From: Felis catus
Lineage: Eukaryota
NCBI RefSeq assembly: GCF_018350175.1
Contig: NC_058369.1
Span: forward strand, 3,288,001-3,352,000
DNA: 64,000 nucleotides
Reading direction: 5' to 3'
Shown: in pieces, positions 12,601 through 22,171 of the stretch
Layout of the letters: every line of letters starts with the position of its first letter
Position numbering within the stretch: the first letter of the stretch is position 1
Translations under genes and position numbers: made by a program
The notes under the pieces: model-generated
What the model saw: the letters and a program-made list of their open reading frames with translations, nothing else
Database searches by the model: none
What the model was told of the DNA's origin: nothing

Positions 12601-15600
12601 CGCTCCCCCGGAGAGTGTGGCGCCCATAACTAAGGAGAAATAGGCTCGTGGTGTCAGGCGTGGTGGTTCAGCCAGAGACACCCCCCCGCCCCGGGAAGCT
12701 TGGCCTTCACAGACTTTCTGCAGCTACTTCCTGTGTCTTAAACCTGCCCTTAGAAGGCCACCCGAGGGCGCCTGGGGCTCAGTCAGTTAAGCATCGGACT
12801 CTTGGTCTCCGCTTAGGTCTTGATCTCAGGGTCGTGAGTTCAAGCCCTGCCTCGGGGTCCACACTGGGTGTGGAGCCTGCTTTAGAAATAAAGTAGTGGT
12901 TTTTTGTTTTGTTTTTTATTTAAAAAAAAAAAAAAAAAAGGCCCTCTCGAAGCTGACCGTGTGTCTTAACCCTGGCGACCGACCAGGGAGCAGCGTGCGA
13001 TGTTTGTTCTCTTTCTCCTCGTGTCTCCCGCCCCCGTGTCCCCTTCCCCTGCCAGTCTTGGCCCAGCTGCTCCCGCTGCTGCACGGGAACGTGAACGGAA
13101 GCAAGGTGATCATCCGGGAGTTCCAGGAGTGCTGCCGCCGAGGGCTGCTCGGCAAGGACACGGGCAGTCCCGACAGCAGCTCCGCCAGCCCGCCGAGCCC
13201 CGGCTCTTCCCGCCCACAGACCCCCACCAGCAGCGAGGACGCCGCCGTCCCCTCCAAGGCCAGGCTCAAGCGGATCATTTCTGAGAACTCGGTGTACGAG
13301 AAGAGGCCTGACTTCAGGATGTGCTGGTACGTCCACCCGCAGGTGCTGAAGAGCTTTGACCAGGAGCACCTGCCTGTGCCGTGCCAGTGGAGTTACGTCA
13401 CCGTGGTGCCCTCGGCCACCAGGGAGGACAGTGGCAGCATCCCGGCCGCGGGGCCCGGCCAGGGGACGCCCATGTCGCTGAAGAGGAAGTCCGCGGGCAG
13501 CATGTGCATCACCCAGTTCATGAAGAAGCGCAGGCACGACGGGCAGGTGAGGGGCGGGGCGGGGCGATCCCCCCCCAAGGGCTTTCTTGTTTGCAATAAA
13601 GTGCATTTTTTTAGAGCCGTTGTAGATCGGCGGCAAGAGTGATCAGAAAGCATAGCGGTTTCCCATACGCCCCCCTGTCCCCAGCTGCAGTTTCCCCACT
13701 GTTGACCCGGCGCCAGAGCCGTGCGTCTGTCGTCACGGGCAGCCTACGTCCACGTGTCCTCCTCACCCAGAGTCCCGGTTGACGTTAGGGGTCCTGCCTG
13801 GTGCCGCGTGTTCTGCGGGTTTGGGCAGGCGTACGATGGCGTGTGTCCGCCACGGAGCCCCTCTGCGGACCTGAACGTGCCCTGGGTTCCGTCTGCTCAT
13901 CCGTCCTTCCCTCCACACTCCGGGGGACCGCGCATCTGCTGTCCCCGTCGTTTTGTCTTTTCTAGAATCGCAGGCTTGGGTGCACACGGCGTGTAGCCTT
14001 TTCGGGTTGGCTTCTCGCGTCGCTCTGTGTGTGTCCGGTTCTTCCGTGTTTTTTCGTGGCTGGATAGCTCGTTTCCTTTTAGCACCCGACAGGGTTCCGT
14101 GCAATGGCTTTTGAGTTTAGTTTTTTGTTTTGTTTTGTTTTTAACTTTCTAAAAATAATTTTGAGAAAGAGCGAGCATGAGTGGGGAAGGGGCACTGGGA
14201 GAGGGAGAGAGAGACAATCGCAAGCAGGCTCCCCCCCACTGTCAGTGTGCGCGTTGGGCTCGATCCCACCCACAAACCGTGGCTGTGATCTGAGAAGAAA
14301 TCAAGAGTTGGATGCTCAACCAACTGAGCCACCCAGCCACCCCCAGTTTTTAGTTTTTTAAATCTCTTTTTGCTTTTACATTCACTTAACGTGACTATTA
14401 AGCATTTATTCTGCATCAGGGACCCCTGCTAGAGTTTGTAGGCGGCGATGAGCAGAACCCATCGGATGAGAGGCACAGATAGGAATTTGTCACGGGAATA
14501 GTGGCCTGATCACAAACAGGCAGCTCGGGAGCAAGTACCCAGAGCAGGGTGTGGGGACCTGGGGGGTGGGCGGCCTCCTGGGGACACCCGTGTGGAGTGG
14601 CCTCCGGGGCCCTCTGCGTGCCCCGAGGGGCAGGTGCCCCAGCGGCAGCCTTCGCTGATGTTGGGTGTGTCTGTTTTTTTCCTTCCTGGACCGTGAGTGT
14701 AACGAGTTTCTTTTCTATCCCGCCTCTGAGTCTCACTGGAAACCTATTTTCAGGATGAGCACTGGGTCTTCGTTTTAGGCAGGCAACTCAGAGTTAGAGG
14801 TTTTATGGGGATGAGACGTGGGGGGGGGGGGGTCTTAAAAGTCAGGTCTCCTGCTCACGTCCAGTGTCCTCTGCAGGGGAGGTGTGGCTTGGGGAGCTGT
14901 GTGCCAAAGGCCGGATGGTGATGCCCCCTCACGCCCCGCTCCTGCCCACTGCTTCTCTGACATTAGTCACCATCTGGCTTAGGAAATAAAGTGGCCACTA
15001 GAACAGGGAAGCAGGAGAGATTACTCCCGGGGGGTGTCAGCCCACCTCCCTGCTGGCAGCAGACAGATGAGGCCTTTGGTATGTTGGTTATTGTCCGTTC
15101 TTAAGTCTATTTATTTATTTTGAGAGAGAGAGAGAGAGAGAGCACAAGTGGGGGAAGCGCAGAGAGAGAGAGAATCCCGAGTAGGCTCCACACTGTCCAC
15201 ACGGAGCCCCATGCAGGGCTCGATCTCGTGAACTGTGCGATCATGACCTGAGCTGAAGTCAGACGCTTAACCGACTGAGCCACCCAGGCGCCCCAGGCCT
15301 TTGATACGTCGTACACCTTCCTTTTTCAAACTGTCTGTGTTACCTGTCCTCAGTGCCAGGCTGTGTGCAGGGCTGCGGCTGGCCTGTGGACACGGCTTGT
15401 ACCATGGGGAGCCCACTGGGTTAGGGTCGGGGCCTCAGACCCACAAACAACTTCCTTCCCTGGACCTCAGCCTAAATGAGCCGAAACGAGAGAAGAGGGA
15501 CCAGCAGAGTGAGTGCCGGTGCCTGGCGGGAGCGGGAGCGGGAGGGGGTCGGGCTCCCGGATGTCCTGTTAGAGCTGTTTTGTGTTCAAGCTGTGCTTGA

Positions 15601-18600
15601 GCAGTAGGACCTTTTCGTGGTCCGTGCTGGTGTCACCCAAACAGTCTAAGGGGGAACCTGAGTGTGACTGGCTCTGGTTGACCTGGCTTCAAAATGGCTG
15701 GGCTGGAAAACAGCCCAGTTCGTCCCCCCGTCTGAGCAGCATCTGCAGGCCTCTGCCCTTCTGTCGTCCCTCAGGGCCCTGCTGTGTCCCTGTCTGTTTC
15801 ACTGGGGTGGGTGAGAGTCACACGTCCTCGCGTGACGGTCACGGCTGCATCCTGAGCCCCACTGTGCTCTTTCACCCGTGGTCGTCCTCATTTGTGTTCA
15901 TGACCCACGTTTGCACGGAAAACCTTGATTTTAGCCCCTGTTACGCGTTTCCTTACATGCCAGGTACTGTAGTCGGCACTTCATATGAATCCCCGTGTTT
16001 CATTGGCGAGATGCTTCATCATCTTACTGAGACACCAGGGAAGAAAAAATGCTCCCACTTAACCTAGGGTGACCCCCCAGGGGACTCGTGGATGCGTGAG
16101 AAAGTGTGTGTCTGGGAATCCATGAAACGGGGAGTCTCAGCTGATGATACATGTGAACAGCAGCCCCGTGCTTTCGTTCCCCGTTCACGGGGGAGGCCTT
16201 GCAGAGGCTCAGCGGCGTGGGGAACTCAGCCGAAGGCCACACGGCACGTGAACCACGCTCCGGGCCCTGCGTGCGGCTCACCTGCTGTCCCTGGGGGTCT
16301 AAAACTGTTCTGGACAGAAGCACCACTCAGAGCAGACCAAATCTTTGGAGTCCTGGGCTTGCTGGACCCAGTGGTTCTGACTCAGTAGGTCTGAGGGAGG
16401 AATCTAAAGCCTGCATTTTAAAAACCCCTCAGGAAATGGCACGTGACGGGCCCAGGACCGCAGCGTGGGCCTGCACGGTGTGTGCGTCATGGGCTGAGAA
16501 GCCCGGAACACCCGGCTCTGGGGATGCTCTGGGGATGCTCTGGGAGTGGTTCCGTGGGCAGCTAGCCTCGCCCCTGCTCTGCAGAGTGGGACACCCTCCT
16601 CCACGGTCCCCTCGTGTCGGGCTACCGGTAACGGGGCCCCAGAGCCACGGCATCAACACAGGAGGGTTTGTCTCAGCAACGAGAGGTCCTCGGCTCCTGT
16701 GCCGACGGGCTCCCCGTGTCCCGCTCCCTCCTTCCTTAGTATGTGGCCTTGGTCCTCATGGTCACAGGATGGCTGTCGCCCCTCCTGCCCCCAGGACCGA
16801 GGTGGCAGAGGCTCCGTTCAGCTGGAAAGGGACACCGTCCCCGACAGACTTCCTCCTGAGTCTCTCTGGCCAGAATCGTTGGCACAGCCCATCAGCTGCG
16901 GGAGAGGCTGGGAAAGGGACTGGCCAGCAGCCCCCAACAAAACTCCGGCTCTGTTTTAGAAGCCGGGGAGGGGGGAATGGCTTTGGGGCACGCGCTGAGC
17001 AGGCCCCCCACCGCACGGCACCCACAGAAAGCGGGAGACCCGGGTAGACTTCTAGAAGGTAGGTTGGAAGGCGCAGGAGCACGTAGAGTGCTTCCACTTG
17101 AGTTTCGGTAAAGCCGCCGGTGCTTCTGTACCCTTGGGGGTAGTTGTCGCAAACCCTAGAGGTGTGCAGATAGAGCTTTTAGACTGGGTTGGGCTGTTTT
17201 CATTTGTGGGAGCTTAAAAGTCTGTGTGAGTTCAAAGTAGTCCCGATACGCGTGGGTTCACCAGGTGCCCTGGTCAGTGAGCTGAGCAGGCCGAGGAGGG
17301 GCGCCAGTCCTGCCGCCGGACGTCTCGTGCGGCCCGAGGGTGACGCGAGCTCTGCGCCTCGGTTTTAGTTTAAAGCGGGGAGAGGTTCTGTGTTCCCTCT
17401 CCGGTCAGAAGTCTGTGCTCAAGATGACCCGGAACAGGGTTCTTCCCAGCTGCCGAGCTTTGTCGTGGCCACACAGCGGGACTCGGGGTGTCCTCCCGGA
17501 GTCTCCCGGTGGAAGCCTGGCCCGTCCCGGAGGGCTGCGCTTGGTGGCTCATCTGAAAACCGGCGGAGCCGTGGGAAGCCTTGTTCACCTGCACTCGCGT
17601 GTCCCGTCTGCGGGGCCCGTGAGCGGGGACGATGGGTGGGTCCCTTTTGCCTGGCAGACCCGGCCGAGCGCCTCCCGAGTGGCATAGTTGAGGGCCGGGC
17701 CGTCTGTCCTCAGCCCGGGGATTCTTTCGACATGGGTGGTTGGGAGTCCCCCTTGGCGTCCGGCCGTTGGCAGCACGGCTCGCTCTGGGGGCCCTTGTCG
17801 TGTCCGTGGGGCTGCCCGGCTGGGCCCGGCGGCAGTCTGCACACCCCCAGTGGCCTTGTGCCGTCTGTCACCCCTTCTCCGGCAAAGGCAGATTTCTGTA
17901 GCGGAGAAGTTCCAAGAGTGTCGTGAGAAATAGGCCTTCTGTTGAAATAGGCCCACCTCTGCCTCGGCTGGTTCTTTGTCGTTCACAAAGGTGCCCGTGT
18001 GGATGGCTGGTGTTTAAAATCAGTCCTCCCTTTCACGCTTTCTGTCCTCTCTGGTGAAAGCCGATGGAAACGGCTCCAGGATGTCGGTGGAAATTCTGCT
18101 GTCAGTGGAGGCCCTGCCTGGCCCCCGCCCGCAGTTGCTTGGATGGTGTTGTCCCTGGCAGACGTGATCTAAGCATGAGTGGACCAGAAATCCGGGTCTC
18201 TAAGTCAGAGACAGTTCGCAGATAATGCTCGTGGTAGTTTTCGGAGATCTGAGTGAGGTCTTTTGACAGAAACTCCCCGTCCCCCAGAGCTCCTTTGCTG
18301 ATAGGCTCTCAAGCAGACTCCTCAAATTTGTTGCCAGAACAGGTGGGGGGGGGGCACAGCAGCCCCCCCGCCCCACCCGTGGCCCGTCTGCTTCTGCTGC
18401 TGCTGTTGACGGCCTGTGCGCCCTTGTCTGTCCAGGTTGGAGCTGGGGACCTGGATGGGTTCCAGGCAGACACGGAGGAGGAGGAAGAGGAGGACGGCGA
18501 CTGTGTGATCCTGGACATCTCGGATGTTGGGGGTGAGAAAGGCCCAAGCCCTCCTCTTTCATCAGCCTGGCCGGAAGGGAAGAACGTGCCCTTTTGCTCC

Positions 18601-19324
18601 CACGCGCCTCTTGTCTGTAAACAGCGAGGCTGCGTGATGGGACCCCAAAAGGCACTGGGTGGGCCGGGGTGGGTGTGGGCGGTGGGTTCCAGTGCGGGCC
18701 CTGGAGGGTCTGACTGGTCTGAAAGCTGCCGTGGGCACATCAGGACTGGACTACGGTAGTCGTAGCAGAAACAGGTGCAGTAATGGTCTGGCATTTGGGC
18801 ACTGACCACGTCGTGGTACTTCCAGAAGCTTCTGAGAGAATCCACAGTGCTGCCCCTGTGGTGTTGACCTGTGGGCTGAGTGCCACGAGGCAGAGTGGTG
18901 GAGTCCTGGGGTGGTCTCGGCCGTAGACAGGGCTCAGGGAGACCCGGGGGAGAGGTGGGAGCCCGGTGGATTTCTGGGGCGGGGGAGGGGGGCAGGGGGG
19001 ATCGGAAGTACAAGGGTCAGTTGTGAGGACAGGACGCACAGCAGGGCTGGTATGGGTGGTGAGGGAGGCTGAACTGAACTTGCTGAGTGAACTAAGGAGG
19101 GGACGGGGTCTGAGGGCAGTGAATACAGCTGTCTCGAGGGGGTATGTGGGGGACAGCAGCTTGAGCCCCTACCCGGTGTTGGGGCGCGGTCGGCTAAAGC
19201 CCCCTCCCTCTCTTGCCTTGCAGAGGCCCAGGCCCCGTGTGGAACCGCTTCCGGAGCTGGGGGGTCCGTGGGGATGGACAGCAGCGAGAGTCCCCCGCCC
19301 GCCAGCTCGCTCGGCCCCTGCTGA
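3578..19324 (+). CDS. CHAF1A: Chromatin assembly factor 1 subunit A (p150), 5'-partial spliced CDS (last 12 coding exons)
   Basis: join(3578-3634,5894-6123,6254-6314,6630-6698,9492-9718,10272-10440,10585-10665,11127-11219,12145-12397,13056-13546,18436-18532,19224-19324). All introns GT-AG and phases consistent. Encodes the KER-rich helix, PIP-like KAEITRFF, RPAYWGTW, DYEVDSDEEWEEEEPGE, acidic ED region and C-terminal winged-helix region. Confidence 0.97.
3698..3910 (+). mobile_element. Can-SINE (felid SINEC_Fc type)
   Basis: GGGGCGCCTGGGTGGCTCAGTCGGTTAAG tRNA-derived head, (CT)n body, AATAAA-rich tail. Confidence 0.93.
5238..5718 (-). mobile_element. Two antisense Can-SINEs (about 5238-5471 full length; about 5572-5718 truncated)
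   Basis: Reverse-complement SINE bodies with poly-T; the first is flanked by cctggaggt..ttcttt repeats. Confidence 0.88.
5894..6123 (+). CDS. CHAF1A: CHAF1A coding exon, KER domain
   Basis: cgcag|GAC...GGA|gtgcgt; DRARLGKQLKLRAEKEEKEKLKEEAKR...ERQEALE. Confidence 0.95.
6254..6314 (+). CDS. CHAF1A: CHAF1A coding exon (AKLEEKRKKEEEKRLREEEK)
   Basis: cccag|G...AAG|gtaggc; restores phase 0. Confidence 0.93.
6630..6698 (+). CDS. CHAF1A: CHAF1A coding exon with PCNA-interacting-type motif (RIKAEKAEITRFFQKPKTPQAPK)
   Basis: ttgcag|CGC...AAG|gtgagc; 69 nt. Confidence 0.94.
8277..8512 (-). mobile_element. Young Can-SINE with perfect 18-bp target-site duplication
   Basis: TSD gaagcctggctttcttat at 8259-8276 and 8513-8530. 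Confidence 0.95.
8870..9087 (-). mobile_element. Can-SINE
   Basis: Reverse-complement SINE body. Confidence 0.88.
9492..9718 (+). CDS. CHAF1A: CHAF1A coding exon (TLAGSCGKFAPFEIKEHMVLAP...)
   Basis: tttcag|ACC...AG|gttagt. Confidence 0.94.
10272..10440 (+). CDS. CHAF1A: CHAF1A coding exon (..GRMKLLQFSENHRPAYWGTWNKK..)
   Basis: ctcag|C...AGG|gtgagc. Confidence 0.95.
10585..10665 (+). CDS. CHAF1A: CHAF1A coding exon (KLLDYEVDSDEEWEEEEPGESLSHSEG)
   Basis: cccag|AAG...GGG|gtgagc; conserved CAF1A motif. Confidence 0.95.
11127..11219 (+). CDS. CHAF1A: CHAF1A coding exon, acidic region (DDDDEVGDDEDEDDGFFVPHGYLSEDEGVTE)
   Basis: ccttttgag|GAT...GAG|gtgagg; GAG acceptor. Confidence 0.92.
12145..12397 (+). 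CDS. CHAF1A: CHAF1A coding exon (ECADPENHKVRQKLKAKEWDEF...KREKRDQQ)
   Basis: ctgcaag|GAG...CAGA|gtgagt. Confidence 0.94.
12766..12940 (+). mobile_element. Older short Can-SINE
   Basis: GGGCGCCTGGGGCTCAGTCAGTTAAG head and A-rich tail. Confidence 0.8.
13056..13546 (+). CDS. CHAF1A: CHAF1A coding exon, winged-helix region (LAQLLPLLHGNVNGSK...KKRRHDGQ)
   Basis: gccag|TC...CAG|gtgagg; lies within ORF 12896..13642. Confidence 0.95.
14120..14344 (-). mobile_element. Can-SINE
   Basis: Reverse-complement SINE body. Confidence 0.85.
15107..15294 (-). mobile_element. Can-SINE
   Basis: Reverse-complement SINE body ending ccacccaggcgcccc. Confidence 0.9.
18436..18532 (+). CDS. CHAF1A: CHAF1A penultimate coding exon (VGAGDLDGFQADTEEEEEEDGDCVILDISDVG)
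   Basis: tccag|GTT...G|gtgaga. Confidence 0.92.
19224..19324 (+). CDS. CHAF1A: CHAF1A last coding exon (EAQAPCGTASGAGG...SLGPC*)
   Basis: ttgcag|AG...TGA at 19322-19324; phase matches the previous exon. Confidence 0.88.
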
Positions 19325-19541
19325 GCGCCCCACCGGCCCGGTGCGTGCGCGTAGGATGGTTTAGGGATTCACAAACGCCTCTCGGATACTTGAAAGTCCT
19401 GCGAGTCTGTGTGAAGAGCACTTTGTCCTGCTTCGCAGACCTCCCCTGAGGTCTGGAAAGTTTTATATAGGATGCTTGATTGGTTCCTTTTGATACTTGT
19501 AAAAATGTTCCCCCCAAAAGCTGCATATTAATCTGCCCTTT

Positions 19542-19547
19542 AATAAA
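19542..19547 (+). terminator. CHAF1A: CHAF1A polyadenylation signal AATAAA
   Basis: Canonical hexamer about 220 nt after the stop, preceded by AT-rich 3'UTR. Confidence 0.8.
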
Positions 19548-20950
19548 GCATTATCGCGATGTGAGGACCTGTACAGGGAAAGCCTGGTCGCGCCCTGCGG
19601 GCCCCGGAGCAGGCACTGTGATGAAATGCTTGTAAATGAGTTGGAGCCCGCTGCGGCTCCCAGACCCCACGTGGGTGTGTATAAACTTATTGTCCAGCCC
19701 TGACCCGGCGCGTCTGTCATCTTTTCGGACACATCGTTTCTTGTGAGTGGGTGTGTGCCGTTACCTGGGGCCTGAGCCGCCCCGCCGCCCGTGCCCAGCT
19801 GGCACCCCCCCACCCCACGCGTGCCTCTGTCCTTGGTATAGAGGCCTGCACCTTGCGAAAGCACCATCCCAGCTTTGTTGTGAAATCCTCACCCCTGTGC
19901 TGACCTAGTTCAAGGTGAAGGCTTCTCAGAAGGTACGCACGCCAGCCAGAACCCCCTGCCCGTCCCTGAGGTGAGCAGTCCAGTCCAGTCCAGCCGCCGG
20001 GACCCGAGCTGTGCTTCCAGATCAGCATCGGGGTTGGGCCACAGCTTGGGAAGAGCGTGCAGGTGGCTGTGGGCTCCTGGGCCCTGGTCACCGAGGCCCT
20101 GAAGCGGCTCTATGTTGGGGCTGTGGCAGGCCCCCCGGAGGCATCTGAGCGCATCGGAGACCCGGGGGTGCTGAGATTCTGGCAGAGCTCGTGGACTCCA
20201 TTCAGCCTGGGCTCCCCGTTTCTGTTCCTGCCGCCCCCACGGGAGACGAGGGAGGCAGCTGCCGAGTCCGTGTTCTGCATGGACTGGATGCGGCCAACAC
20301 AGGGTCACCCCACCCCACCCCACCCCACCCTCGGGGCACTCAAAGGCAAGGGCCCCATTTCTCCCACCCATTTGGGCGGGACTGATGAACACCCCAGTTG
20401 CAGGGTGAGGGCCCGGGCCCTGACCGGGCCTCCCTGGGAGAGGTGGGTACAGCTGTAGTACATCTGTGAATGGGACCACCTCAAACCCCTCAGGTCCCCT
20501 GAAACCCGTTCTAATTGGCCACCCAACTACTTGCAATCAGCTCCACGTAGCAGTGGGGCAGGGAGGGGACGTGGGGCCAGGGGGACAGGTTGTGTTGGGT
20601 TTCCAAGATGGGAGAGCAAAGGAGGACAGTCCCAGGTCTTGCCCTGTGTGAGAACAGAGTAGTTGGTGGCCCAGGTGGCAAGCAAAGGCACACGTGGGGG
20701 CTGTCCGCTGGCGGGGGGGTCTATGGGCGACGCTTGGTTTTGGAATTACATTCGGGGCCTCCAAGCTTCAAGTCTGTCCATCACCCAGCTGGCCGTGGCC
20801 GGAGAACTGGCTGCCACAGGCCTCTGTGTGGGGGCGGGGAGGGTCTTGGAAGGGCTGGAGCTGGGCCGGTCTGGGGGGAGAGGAGGGGACGGTGCAGGTG
20901 AGTGGTTACGGGCATCTCACCTTGGGGTGTGACCAGGGACAGCGCCTCCC

Positions 20951-21290
20951 CGTTTATTCATTTCCTGTGGCTGCTGTAACAAATCACTGCCAATTTGGCT
21001 TAAAACCAAACGTGTTTTTACAGTTCAGGGAAGTGAAAAGTCTCACGTGGGCCTCGGGTTAAAAATCCGTGCCTCCTGGACATCCTGGAGGGGGAACATT
21101 TCCCTACCTTCCAGCTCCCAGAGGTGCCGGTGTTGACTAGGGCCCCTCTTCCCTCCTCCCTCTTTGACACCTGCAGCCTGGCGTCTCTCACCTCCTCCCA
21201 CGTGAGGACCCCTGTGGTGATGCTGGGCCCACCAGGATAGCCAGGACGCTCCCCATCTGGGGACCATCAATCACACCCGCGGCCCCTCTT
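20951..21290. mobile_element. MLT1-type (MaLR) LTR fragment between the CHAF1A and UBXN6 3' ends
   Basis: tttcctgtggctgctgtaacaaat...ggcttaaaac resembles the MLT1 terminus as recalled. Confidence 0.6.
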
Positions 21291-22036
21291 CTCTATAAAG
21301 TGACAATTACAAGGACTGGGACTGAGAACGGGCCATCTGCAGGGACCCTGTCCTGCCCAGCACAGGACCACAGTAAAACAGAGCCTTCGAGGGACCCTGG
21401 CCCCCTCATGCCGGGTCCCTGGGAGGCCTGCCATCAGCAGGTGTCCTTCTACCTGGTCCCACCCCCCTGGGAGCCACGCCCGGGCCTCCTCTGTGGGCAG
21501 CTCCGCAGCCACTGCCCCTACCCTGTGTGGCACCAGCTCCGATTCACCACCAGGAGACTAGACACACGTCCCGTTTACTTGGGTTCGTAATTCAGTAATC
21601 ACAGGACGGAGTCCTGACGGGCTCCGCGTCTCCCTCTTCCGTCGCCCTCCCCAGCCACCCCGCGGCTCAACGTCAAGGCCAGCGGCAGCCACCTGGACCA
21701 CAGCACGTGGGGACAAGGCACGTGCCACAAGCCTACTCTCCTGCCGGGAGTTCTGCGATCAGGTGACAGTGGCCGTAGCCGGCTGACACCCAGTGCGGAA
21801 GGAAGGACAGCCCGGCAGCTGCCTCCTGAGAGCCCTCTCCAGTGGCGGTCCCAGGCCCCCGTCGCAGCCGACCAGCGCCGCGCCCCGTGCCTGCAGGGCT
21901 CTGTGGACCAGGGCGAGCAGTTCCGGAGAAGCAGGGTACCCTGGGTGGTGGGAGAAAGGGTGGGGGGGGGGAGCGGAGCAGTGGAGGCCGCAGGAGAGCA
22001 TGAGACAGACCCACGTGGGGTAAAGCCAACCCTGCT

Positions 22037-22042
22037 TTTATT
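22037..22042 (-). terminator. UBXN6: AATAAA directly after the UBXN6 stop codon (candidate proximal poly(A) signal)
   Basis: Minus strand reads TCG TGA AATAAA AGCAGGG. Confidence 0.6.
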
Positions 22043-22171
22043 TCACGAGAGCTTCTCGATGGTCGACAGGAGCTCAGGTTTCAGGATAGAAGAGTCCGGT
22101 TCCGCCCCTGCGGCCCTGAGGTCCTCCAGCAGGGCTGCGTCCCACGAGAAGGTCAGGAGGGCGGAGGGCAC
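22043..22171 (-). CDS. UBXN6: UBXN6 last coding exon (VPSALLTFSWD...LLSTIEKLS*)
   Basis: cgcag|GTG...TGA at 22045-22043. Confidence 0.93.
   Translation of the reverse strand: MPSALLTFSWDAALLEDLRAAGAEPDSSILKPELLSTIEKLS

Noticed and set aside
13595..13600. Intronic AATAAA 49 nt after a CHAF1A donor
   Set aside because: It lies before the read-through stop (13640-13642), so use would risk a non-stop mRNA, and it is adjacent to a strong donor; no further support.
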